Source of the DNA: a virus
Lineage: Duplodnaviria; Caudoviricetes
Reading direction: 5' to 3' (one strand)
IMG/VR virus record: IMGVR_UViG_3300037524_000103
Span: 1-34,187 of that record
DNA: 34,187 nucleotides
How positions within the stretch are numbered: position 1 is the first letter of the stretch; each line of letters begins with the position of its first letter. Shown here in pieces: positions 26,775-34,187 of the stretch. The notes below the pieces were generated by a model that ran no database searches, was not told where the DNA came from, and was given only the letters and a program-made list of their open reading frames with translations. The position numbers were made by a program, and so were the translations under genes.

Positions 26775-27746
26775 CTAGACTACGCGGCCCTCGGCGACAG
26801 CACGGTCGATTTCGGTTTGTAGACGCTCAGCTTCCGCATCGCGTCCGCGGTACTTGCCTTTCGCCAAGTCGTCGTAGAACTGCTTGATCAGTCGCTGGGA
26901 GACCATGCGCCTGACCGGCTCGCCCTGCGGCGTCGGCGTGGGCTGCCCTGAGCTGCTAGGCGTCTGCTGAGCGTTCAGCGTCGGCTTGGCTGGCTGGGAA
27001 GCCCGGAACTGGTTGAAGATCGCAATGACCCGCTTTGCGTCCATGCGTTGATGCGCGGTATCCAGCGCGACTTGGCGCGGGGCTCCGTAGACCTCGTCTA
27101 CCTCACCCAGCCACGCCAGCCACCGGTCGTCGGCATTGATCTGCCTCCAATCCGGCACGGCCTGATCCAGCGCTCCGTAGAACGCCTGCTCAAGAGTCAT
27201 CTCGGTCTTTTGGCTAACCCCGGTGACCTGTCCTTCGAGCGCCTTGAGACGCTTGTCGAGGTCGGCGGCTGTGACGGACACGTCTTTACGCATCAGCTCC
27301 AACGCGTTGGCCACGTACCGCTGCACCATCGCCACAAGATCCTCACCAAACTCCGCAGCGTCGCGGGGATCGGCTTTCGGCGTCTCGGGAGCGGGGGCCG
27401 TCTTGGCCGTCGCAGCGGCGGTCAGCACCTGAACTTGCTGGGTCAGCTGGTTGAGCTGACTCTCCAGCGCCTTGTTCTGGGCTTTCTCCGCAGTCCACAT
27501 ACCCTGAAGGGTACGGAACCTGTTCTCCATCGAGTCGTCGGACTTGGGCGCGGCAGCGGGGGTCGCTGCGGCTGGAGCTTGGGCAGGAGTCGGCGTCGGT
27601 GCCTCGTTGGCGGCAGGAGCGGGTTCGCTCAGTTGGGTGATGTCGGTAACGACACCCTCCGTCGAGTTACCTGCTGCTACTGCGGCGCCTTGAAGGGTCG
27701 CCTCGGCCGCGTCGAGCTGACGCTGCACAGTCTTGGGAATTGCCAT
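26775..27746 (-). CDS. Capsid scaffolding protein (323 aa)
   Basis: P/A-rich N-terminus, RFRTLQG coiled coil, VPDWRQIN, C-terminal AEGRV; AAGGAG RBS; precedes the capsid gene. Confidence 0.85.
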   Translation of the reverse strand: MAIPKTVQRQLDAAEATLQGAAVAAGNSTEGVVTDITQLSEPAPAANEAPTPTPAQAPAAATPAAAPKSDDSMENRFRTLQGMWTAEKAQNKALESQLNQLTQQVQVLTAAATAKTAPAPETPKADPRDAAEFGEDLVAMVQRYVANALELMRKDVSVTAADLDKRLKALEGQVTGVSQKTEMTLEQAFYGALDQAVPDWRQINADDRWLAWLGEVDEVYGAPRQVALDTAHQRMDAKRVIAIFNQFRASQPAKPTLNAQQTPSSSGQPTPTPQGEPVRRMVSQRLIKQFYDDLAKGKYRGRDAEAERLQTEIDRAVAEGRVV

Positions 27747-27790
27747 TCTACGGTCTCCTTGCGCTGCCAGTATCGACTAGCGCCTGGGTT

Positions 27791-27823
27791 AAAAACCGCG
27801 GATACTCGGCATAGTATCAGCGG
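27791..27823 (-). terminator. Terminator-like hairpin upstream of the scaffold gene
   Basis: Minus strand CCGC-T-GATACT-ATGCCG-AGTATC-C-GCGG-TTTTT: 10 of 11 bp paired plus U5; overlaps the stop of 27817..28008. Confidence 0.65.
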
Positions 27824-28008
27824 GCTTGGGATTCGTCTAGTAGTTTGATTAACTTTTCGACGAATTGAACCTTTCCCTGGGCTCGAAACAAAACTACGTT
27901 GTCCGTCCCCTCGGCAAGATACCTGTACGCGTCGGCTTTCTCCTTCTCAAGCCACGGACGCAGTACGTTCCTAGGGATTCTGGAGAATATCTCCAGGTCG
28001 TTGTTCAT
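27817..28008 (-). CDS. Small conserved-type head-region protein (63 aa)
   Basis: LFRAQG motif and position between portal and scaffold, typical of small podoviral head-region proteins. Confidence 0.7.
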   Translation of the reverse strand: MNNDLEIFSRIPRNVLRPWLEKEKADAYRYLAEGTDNVVLFRAQGKVQFVEKLIKLLDESQAR

Positions 28009-28010
28009 AT

Positions 28011-28196
28011 TCAGAGTTGTTGTCCGCGATACAGCGGGGTGATCACGCCGTGAAGGTCGATGGCTTTCTGCTCGGCACGGGCTCGGTCAAGAAACACTGC
28101 CGCGTGCCCGTTGTACTCGACCAACCACGCGACAGGGCGTTCCGCCTGTGCGGCGTTCCCACACTGCTTGCCGGTGGTCAGGTCGACGGGGATCAC
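28011..28196 (-). CDS. Hypothetical protein (61 aa)
   Basis: GTGA overlap with the upstream gene; fills the gap exactly; RPVAWLV motif. Confidence 0.6.
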   Translation of the reverse strand: MIPVDLTTGKQCGNAAQAERPVAWLVEYNGHAAVFLDRARAEQKAIDLHGVITPLYRGQQL

Positions 28197-28606
28197 TCTC
28201 TTTCGTCATTTTTGGGATGAATCACCCGATCCACCCATGTAGCCAACGTGCGCGTTCCGGCGTACCCAGCCAGGAGCAGCACCATCGCCAACGAAGCGGG
28301 CCCTATCTCCTGCGTCATCCCGCCCCAGTACCCCGACAGACCGATCACGGTCGATACAGCACCATCCCGAGCAAACTCTCGTCCGGTGTGGAACGGCTTG
28401 CGCTCGTAGGTCGCCGTGACCATGCGCCCGAGACTGGCAGCAAAGCCACCGATCCACGACACGATCACCCCCACGCCGGCCTGCGCCCAAGGAAGCGCCA
28501 ACAAGTTAGGGCCAGCCAACTCCATCGCGGCCCAGGACGTACCCCAGGCCGCGGCGAAGTAGATGAGGACAAAGTTCCTCAGGCGCTGCCGCAGTCGTTC
28601 CGGCAT
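28193..28606 (-). CDS. Putative holin-like membrane protein (137 aa)
   Basis: 3-4 hydrophobic segments, LLAGYAGTR motif, charged C-terminus. Confidence 0.6.
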   Translation of the reverse strand: MPERLRQRLRNFVLIYFAAAWGTSWAAMELAGPNLLALPWAQAGVGVIVSWIGGFAASLGRMVTATYERKPFHTGREFARDGAVSTVIGLSGYWGGMTQEIGPASLAMVLLLAGYAGTRTLATWVDRVIHPKNDERE

Positions 28607-29031
28607 GATGGCTCTCGTTCTTCGCGTTGTTCATGAGCAAGAGCCGCGGCCTCAATGGTGATACCCGCAGCAACAAGGACATAGTAGAGCCCCACCTGCA
28701 CTACGGCCGCGGGGTCACCGGTTGCGACAAACGCCCGAATGCCAAACGCGGCAGCCAGTGCGGAATAGGTAGCCACACAGAACTGGTGCCGCCAGCGCAT
28801 TGGGAAACTAGGCAAGATCAGGCCGCGACGCAGTATGTCGTGCCACGCAATGTCGGCGAGCGCGAGCCCACTCAGTACAAGAACTGCGACGTTGACGACG
28901 TCAATGACCGTACTGCTGCCAGCAGCACGATACGCCAGCGAAAGCGGCGCGAATAACTGCAACCCCGCCGTCCACATGGAGGCGACGACAATCATTACGC
29001 GCGCAGAAGTGGCGTGCAGGTCAGTTACCAC
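28579..29031 (-). CDS. Membrane protein, possible holin/antiholin partner (150 aa)
   Basis: Four hydrophobic segments, charged C-terminus; overlaps the next gene by 28 nt. Confidence 0.6.
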   Translation of the reverse strand: MVTDLHATSARVMIVVASMWTAGLQLFAPLSLAYRAAGSSTVIDVVNVAVLVLSGLALADIAWHDILRRGLILPSFPMRWRHQFCVATYSALAAAFGIRAFVATGDPAAVVQVGLYYVLVAAGITIEAAALAHEQREEREPSCRNDCGSA

Positions 29032-29052
29032 GCAACCTACCCAGACAACACG

Positions 29053-29223
29053 TCACTTCTTGCCTAGGCGGCGCTGCATGTTCTTCATCATCCCGCCGGT
29101 CGCCTTGGCTGCAACGGCCGGAACCTTGCCGTAGCCAGGGGCAGCGGGCTTCGCTGCGGGAGCGCCTGCGCGGGTACGCGCCTGATTCTTCATGCCACCA
29201 CCGAGAGATTTCTTTCCAAACAT
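29053..29223 (-). CDS. Small highly basic peptide (56 aa), not in the ORF track
   Basis: AGGAG RBS overlapping the portal stop; MFGKKSLGGGMKNQARTRAGAPAAKPAAPGYGKVPAVAAKATGGMMKNMQRRLGKK. Confidence 0.75.
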   Translation of the reverse strand: MFGKKSLGGGMKNQARTRAGAPAAKPAAPGYGKVPAVAAKATGGMMKNMQRRLGKK

Positions 29224-29232
29224 GATGAACTC

Positions 29233-31326
29233 CTACTTGGGTTGAGGGGAGTGGTTGTCGGTCGTCGGCGTGCCGTCTTGCAACTGCTCGTCGCTCCCCG
29301 GCTTGCCTTGCTGCTGCGCAGCCTGCTCCTGCTGCAGCATCATCGCTCCGCGCATCGCCAGAACCTCTCTAGGCGGCACAACACGGTCAGCGTTGATGTT
29401 CAGTTGTTTCGCCGAATGCCGTAGCAACTCCGCGCGCCCTTCAAGGCCGACGATCTGCATGTCGATGGGGTTCCCCGTCGCAGCCAGGAACTCGTTGAGC
29501 CGGACCATCGCCGATTCCTTGGCGATCAGCGAGGTCGCGCCGCGCGCTACTATCTTCACGTCGCCCTTCAGCTCCGGGTCGTCTCCATAGCGCATGTTGT
29601 AATAAAAAAGTCTTTCAATAAGCGGCGTGATGACGTACACGTCCATCGTCCCGATGACCTGCTTGATGACCTTGCTGGCGTTGCCGATCATCATCGAGAT
29701 GCCACTGGCTGTACGTCCCGCACCGCCCTCGCCACCGTTGAACCCGGCCATATAGCGCGGCACGCCTACGTACTCGTCGGCCAGAAGGCTGAACCGCTCG
29801 AAGACGGCCATCAGCTCGGTGGAGTTGCTCTCGGGCTGGAAGAACTCAATGGGCTTGGCCGAGGTGCCCATCGGGTCGGACTCGAACTGCCATATCTTCC
29901 AAGGGAACATCTCGGTGACCGACTCGCCCGCAGGGATGCGGTTGGACAGGATCGACACCTGGGGGCCCGAGCTGATGCCCATGTTGGCCGCAAGCGCACG
30001 CGCCGAGGCGTTGCACATGTCCTGGCAGTCGCGGCACAGGTCGTAGGGGCTGTTGCCCCACACCGAGCCCGGCACGGTCTGGAAACTCGCGCCGTAGTAC
30101 GGCCTACGCGCCAGCGGATCTGCGTTGAGCACGGCCTTGATAACAACACGGTCCACCAGCCACGCCTCGATCTGATACTCCTTCTGCGCGTCTGGCACCT
30201 GCGAGGCGTCCATACCCCAGTCCAGCAGCATCTGCCCGCTGGCGGAGCCCCAGTACTGCAGCGCATCGTACAGGCCGGTGTCGTTCTGGCTGAACGAGTC
30301 CTTCCCCTCGGCGCTGGCCACCTGGGTGTCGTTGACCATCGACTCGCTGTGCCCGTCCGGGTAATTGACCAGCACCTCGCGGATGGCCGTCTCGCTGAAC
30401 CCCTCCACGCCGATCAGCTCGTTGAGCTTGCCCCGGCTCAAGCGCCAGCGTCGGATCAGGTCGTCGGACTGGATGTCCTTGGCCCAAGGCGCTGGGTACA
30501 TGTCGAAGGGGTCGACGCGCTCCCACTCCAGCACGAGGTCGTCGATGACGGTCAGCTCCCCAGCCTGCGACCAGGACAGCACGGGCTTGCGCCGCACGAA
30601 CGGACCGCCGACGTACGCTGTCTTGAACGTGGCGATGTCGGTGACGAAAGAGTCGAACGCCTGCAGCGCCCCTCCCTCCGCCAACTGGTCCTCCATCCGC
30701 TGCTCCATGCGCTCCGCGTGCTTCCTCGCCTGCTCCATGAGCAGTGGACGGACCTCGTCGCGGATCTCCCGCAGGCGCGCCTGCGCGGCCTGGATGGTCG
30801 GCATGAAGCCACTCATCATGGCCTGCTGGATCTCCGTCGCCAGCTGCTGCGTGACCTGCGCCACGATGGCTGGGGGCAGCTCGGGCTCCGGTGTCGGAGC
30901 CAGCGTCCAGGGCTTGTCGGCCCCCGTGCCGAGCAGCACATCGCGGATCAGCGCCTCGACTTGACGCATCTTCGATGCCGCCACCATCATGTAGATGGCG
31001 GGCTGCTTGGACTCCCTGATCTGCTGCAGCTTGGCGCTGGTGTACTCGCCCCTGCGAGCCAGCATGGCCTCGATCATCTCCTGCTCGACAGTCTGCCGAG
31101 CCTGCGACGCCTTGGTCCAGAAGCTCCTGATGTGTCCTGCGAGGCCGGTGATCACCGGCTGCTGCTGCTCGCTCTCGAACTGCGCGGAGCGCAACCTGTC
31201 GCGCTCCTTGTCCATCGCCAGCACCGCGGCTTGGCCGCGCACGGGTAGCACCCCGTTGAAGTTGATGACCTGCGCCCCCTGCTGGGGGAGCACGGGCGGG
31301 GGCATAGGGAGTCCCAAGGCTTGCAT
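29233..31326 (-). CDS. Portal protein (697 aa)
   Basis: Follows TerL; WERVDPFDMYPAP, RALAANMGISSGPQV, GAGRTASGISM, GDVKIVARGA; size typical of podoviral portals. Confidence 0.9.
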   Translation of the reverse strand: MQALGLPMPPPVLPQQGAQVINFNGVLPVRGQAAVLAMDKERDRLRSAQFESEQQQPVITGLAGHIRSFWTKASQARQTVEQEMIEAMLARRGEYTSAKLQQIRESKQPAIYMMVAASKMRQVEALIRDVLLGTGADKPWTLAPTPEPELPPAIVAQVTQQLATEIQQAMMSGFMPTIQAAQARLREIRDEVRPLLMEQARKHAERMEQRMEDQLAEGGALQAFDSFVTDIATFKTAYVGGPFVRRKPVLSWSQAGELTVIDDLVLEWERVDPFDMYPAPWAKDIQSDDLIRRWRLSRGKLNELIGVEGFSETAIREVLVNYPDGHSESMVNDTQVASAEGKDSFSQNDTGLYDALQYWGSASGQMLLDWGMDASQVPDAQKEYQIEAWLVDRVVIKAVLNADPLARRPYYGASFQTVPGSVWGNSPYDLCRDCQDMCNASARALAANMGISSGPQVSILSNRIPAGESVTEMFPWKIWQFESDPMGTSAKPIEFFQPESNSTELMAVFERFSLLADEYVGVPRYMAGFNGGEGGAGRTASGISMMIGNASKVIKQVIGTMDVYVITPLIERLFYYNMRYGDDPELKGDVKIVARGATSLIAKESAMVRLNEFLAATGNPIDMQIVGLEGRAELLRHSAKQLNINADRVVPPREVLAMRGAMMLQQEQAAQQQGKPGSDEQLQDGTPTTDNHSPQPK

Positions 31327-31334
31327 GGCGCCTC

Positions 31335-31360
31335 AGTCTAGCACGTACTTACACGTAAGC
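31335..31360 (-). promoter_or_regulatory. Palindromic box ACTTAC-AC-GTAAGC (31347-31360) plus extended -10 (TGcTAGACT)
   Basis: Overlaps the TerL stop; TAGACT (31335-31340) lies 6 nt downstream, the same geometry as the 11280 copy. Confidence 0.6.
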
Positions 31361-32749
31361 ATAGCTCACCGGCTTGATCTCCACACGAGTGCTCGTGTGT
31401 CTCGCCCCGAACGTCGTGCCGTTGTCGGCGTGCATGGCCACGTACTGCGCACAGTCCGCGATGTCCGACCAGGGGTGGCTCTTCTCCGGCGTGTCGTCCT
31501 TCTGCCCCTTGGTGTTGATCTTGTAGCGGTACTTGCTCCGCAAGGCGGTCACGAGCTGGGCTGCGTGGGTCTTGTCGATCAGCATGCACGGCCTACCGTC
31601 GACGGTGCGGGTCAGGTAACTCTCGACCGCGGCGATGCGTGCCGCGATGGCGTTGGTCCGCGCCGGGATGACCTTGAACCCCTCGGCCTTGTAGATGTCT
31701 GCGACGGTGCGCTCGTCGGTCTGCGCCCGCTGGAACGCTGCGGGGTCGATGACGATGACCGCCGGCCTGCCCGCGTACTTATTCGACAGCAGCGGCTTCA
31801 GCCGCTCGCGCACGAAGCGCAACGCCCCCATGCTCTCCCCGGTGATCGCGTCGTGGATGATGAGCCGGGACTGGTAGTCAAGCTGCCCGATGACCGCTGC
31901 GGGGGTGAGCCCTGCGTCCACGCCGATGATGAGCGGCGAGCTGAGGATGTTGAGTGACGCGGCGGTGTGTCTCTCGGTGTCGAAGCTCTTGCCGAACACC
32001 GGCTCGCCAGACAGGCTGCGCCCGAACTTGTTGTCGATGTAGACCGCGATCCAGTCGTCAGTTTTCCCCTGCGCGAGATCGTCGTAGTAGTCCTCCGGCA
32101 GGTGCTCCAGCCAGTCCGCCTCCGGGCTGCGCGCCGAGGGCTGTATGAACACCGACGCGTTGTCCGGCGCGTTGTCCATGTACTCCGCCCACCACGAATC
32201 CTGATCTGGCGGGTTCGTCGCGCCCCACACGTGCCGGTTCGGCTTCCCATCGTCGGTCACGCACCCGCCGTCCTTCATCGAGGGGTAGCGCCCCACACGC
32301 GCCTGCAGCGCGTTGAAGATGTCCGGGTTGATCTCTCGGAACTCATCCAGCACGCCGAAGCTCACCTCCAGGGACAGTAGCCGGCGCACGTCGTTCGCGT
32401 CGTCCAGGCCCCTGAACAGGATCGTGCACTCCACGTCCCCGAACTTGAGCAGGAACTTCTTCTCCGTCTTGTGATACGTCCCTGCGACATCCGGCGGGAA
32501 CCACGTGTTGAACGTGGGCAGCGTGGAATCGGACAGCATCTCGGCCGTGTTGCGCAAGACCACTGCCCTGGAACGGCGTATGCCGTCCTTCTGCTTGCGC
32601 ATGCGCGCCGCATGGTACGCGATCTTCAGCATGGACGCGCTGCTCTTGCCGCTGCCCACCGGGCCACACACGAGGCTGATGAACGACTCGCTCGTCAGGA
32701 ACCCCTGCAGTGATGGCGGGGCCTTGTAGACAGTGACCTCGTCACTCAT
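31349..32749 (-). CDS. terL: Terminase large subunit (466 aa)
   Basis: Walker A GPVGSGKS, Walker B FGVLDE, ATNPP coupling motif, nuclease IGVDAG and SDIADCAQY. Confidence 0.95.
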   Translation of the reverse strand: MSDEVTVYKAPPSLQGFLTSESFISLVCGPVGSGKSSASMLKIAYHAARMRKQKDGIRRSRAVVLRNTAEMLSDSTLPTFNTWFPPDVAGTYHKTEKKFLLKFGDVECTILFRGLDDANDVRRLLSLEVSFGVLDEFREINPDIFNALQARVGRYPSMKDGGCVTDDGKPNRHVWGATNPPDQDSWWAEYMDNAPDNASVFIQPSARSPEADWLEHLPEDYYDDLAQGKTDDWIAVYIDNKFGRSLSGEPVFGKSFDTERHTAASLNILSSPLIIGVDAGLTPAAVIGQLDYQSRLIIHDAITGESMGALRFVRERLKPLLSNKYAGRPAVIVIDPAAFQRAQTDERTVADIYKAEGFKVIPARTNAIAARIAAVESYLTRTVDGRPCMLIDKTHAAQLVTALRSKYRYKINTKGQKDDTPEKSHPWSDIADCAQYVAMHADNGTTFGARHTSTRVEIKPVSYAYV

Positions 32750-33134
32750 CAGTGTCGGCGCTTGTGGTGCTGGCGGCTTCGGCCGGCTCGTTCTCGATGA
32801 TCTCGACGGTGGGCAGGGGCTGGGTCGTTGTGGGGGTGGGGGACGGTGTCTGGTTGTTCAGCACTATCTGCACGCTGAAGCCGCTGCCCTGCGCCGTGAT
32901 GGGCTGGTTGCGCGCCTGTCCCAGGCCGCCGTACTTCGCCAAGTGGTCGAGCCACGACAGCCGCTGCGACAGGGGGATGGTCTGGTCGCGCATCGCGCGC
33001 TGCATCTTGTCGACGCCAACGAGGTACAGCTTCCTGCACCACGCCTCCAGGGCCCGCGGGTCGCCACCCACCTCCTCCAGGAACGCTGGGGGGATAGATA
33101 CCTGCTTGGAAACTGCCGGGTTGTCCTCGTTCAT
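32742..33134 (-). CDS. Putative terminase small subunit (130 aa)
   Basis: ATG 33134 (MNEDNPAV...); helical core then FSVQIVLN strand; 8-nt overlap with terL; call rests mostly on position. Confidence 0.6.
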   Translation of the reverse strand: MNEDNPAVSKQVSIPPAFLEEVGGDPRALEAWCRKLYLVGVDKMQRAMRDQTIPLSQRLSWLDHLAKYGGLGQARNQPITAQGSGFSVQIVLNNQTPSPTPTTTQPLPTVEIIENEPAEAASTTSADTDE

Positions 33135-33142
33135 GCGTGGGG

Positions 33143-33148
33143 ATTGTA
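33143..33148 (-). promoter_or_regulatory. Candidate -10 element (TACAAT) for the late operon
   Basis: 5/6 match to TATAAT, 8 nt upstream of an ATG that has no SD. Confidence 0.4.
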
Positions 33149-33735
33149 TGGGCTGGTGGCGAGTATGGGTAGGGGTTACGGTCGCATGTATGTAGACATA
33201 TTGGTGTAGGGGTTTTGTCCAAAAATTTCTTGCACGTATGAGGACGAATGAGGATGGTGCGTGGTAGGTGTGGAATAGGTAAACACCGGCCGGCACCTCG
33301 CCCTCTCGGCCCCACCCCCTCCCCCTATTCATCGGATTCATGGGCTCGGCATAGGTGGAAAGGCCGACATCCTGCGCGAGATAACGCAAACAGTCGGGAA
33401 CCGGGTAGGTTAACGCTCCCCCTGCATGAGACAACTGATTGTGGGGATGCCTGATGGCCGAGGGTTCGCGGATAGTCGCACGCCAACGGGTAACGCCGGG
33501 CCGGGCGTCAAGTCGCAAAGTGAAACATGCGGGTCTGCCGCATGCCGAGCCCCTCAGAAGGCCGGTGTACATCGGGGTGAGACGGTGCCCAACAAGCAAA
33601 CCCGTAGCGCCAACAAGTGGGGGGCGCTGTTAATACCCCACTAGGTTTTAGCTTTCCTGATCGTTGGGGGCATTCTCCAGTGCATTGAATACGTGCATTG
33701 GTTGTGCCCCTAACTCACTCACTCAAGGAAGCATC

Positions 33736-34187
33736 ATGGATAAGAAGCAAATTCAAGCCCGCATTGGCAAGATCGGCCGCGCTATCGCAACGCTGACGAA
33801 GGATGTTCAGGAGACGGCAGTCGAAATCACGTTCCACGCGCTCGCGCATGGCGACGTGACGCTGGCTGACGAACTGATCTCTGCACTCGGCAAGGTGGCG
33901 CGTCGGCAGTCGCTGCTGGCATGGTTTGAAAAGCACGGCCCGTTCGTGTTCCTCAGCTCCACGAAGAAGTTCGGACTGGACAAGGAACGCGCTAAGGAGC
34001 TGCGCAAGGCCGATCCCAAGGAACTGCGCGAAAAGCTCATGGCTCTGCCGTGGCAAGAAGCGCAACCCGAGCCGGAGCTGGCCAGCACGCTGGACTGCAG
34101 CGAAGCGGTCGATAAGTTCCTGAAGCGCCTGCACAAGCAGGTGCAGGAAGGGACGATGGAGATCCGCAACCGCGACCTGCTGGATCG
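33736..34187 (+). CDS. Divergent, probably early, phage protein (partial; runs off right edge)
   Basis: AAGGA RBS; MDKKQIQARIGKIGRAIATLTKDVQETAVEITFHALAHGDVTLADELISALGK...; open to the window end; not in the ORF track. Confidence 0.8.
   Translation, partial: MDKKQIQARIGKIGRAIATLTKDVQETAVEITFHALAHGDVTLADELISALGKVARRQSLLAWFEKHGPFVFLSSTKKFGLDKERAKELRKADPKELREKLMALPWQEAQPEPELASTLDCSEAVDKFLKRLHKQVQEGTMEIRNRDLLD

Larger units (their letters stand above)
1..34187. mobile_element. Bacteriophage/prophage genome segment (podovirus-like virion morphogenesis module plus start of a divergent gene)
   Basis: Terminase-portal-scaffold-capsid-adaptor-nozzle-fibre-ejection protein order on one strand; no tape-measure or sheath gene; no host genes; no integrase or att site in the window, so lifestyle is unknown. 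Confidence 0.95.

Noticed and set aside
33135-33599. 155-aa N-terminal extension of terS in the ORF track
   Set aside because: Non-ATG start without RBS and non-protein-like composition; ATG 33134 fits better
1-34187. tRNA, rRNA, integrase/att, introns or inteins in terL, portal or capsid
   Set aside because: None recognised by eye; core proteins are of normal length with contiguous motifs; a tRNAscan/Infernal run would be needed to exclude small RNAs

Overview
High-GC segment of a tailed, short-tail (podovirus-like) bacteriophage or prophage. Almost all of it is one minus-strand late/virion operon. Read from the right end: putative small terminase, large terminase, portal, a tiny basic peptide, two holin-like membrane proteins, two small ORFs, scaffold, major capsid, decoration protein, a GT-A glycosyltransferase, two head-tail adaptor-like proteins, accessory fibre cassette A (including a 1271-aa multi-domain protein), tail nozzle, tail fibre with an ILEI-like domain plus its assembly protein, a GNAT-like protein, three ejected internal-virion proteins (the largest a polyvalent HTH + zincin + ART-fold protein), accessory fibre cassette B, and the start of a PLxRFG-type polyvalent protein that runs off the left edge. 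A divergent, probably early, gene starts at 33736. Most notable: (1) a 66-codon gene with its own RBS and strong codon bias overprinted in the +1 frame inside the ejection-protein gene; (2) the polyvalent protein appears split in two by an inserted structural cassette; (3) a 14-bp palindrome GYTTAC-N2-GTAARC at five gene junctions; (4) a capsid-linked glycosyltransferase; (5) two paralogous fibre cassettes. All family calls come from motif recognition and synteny by eye; no database search was run.
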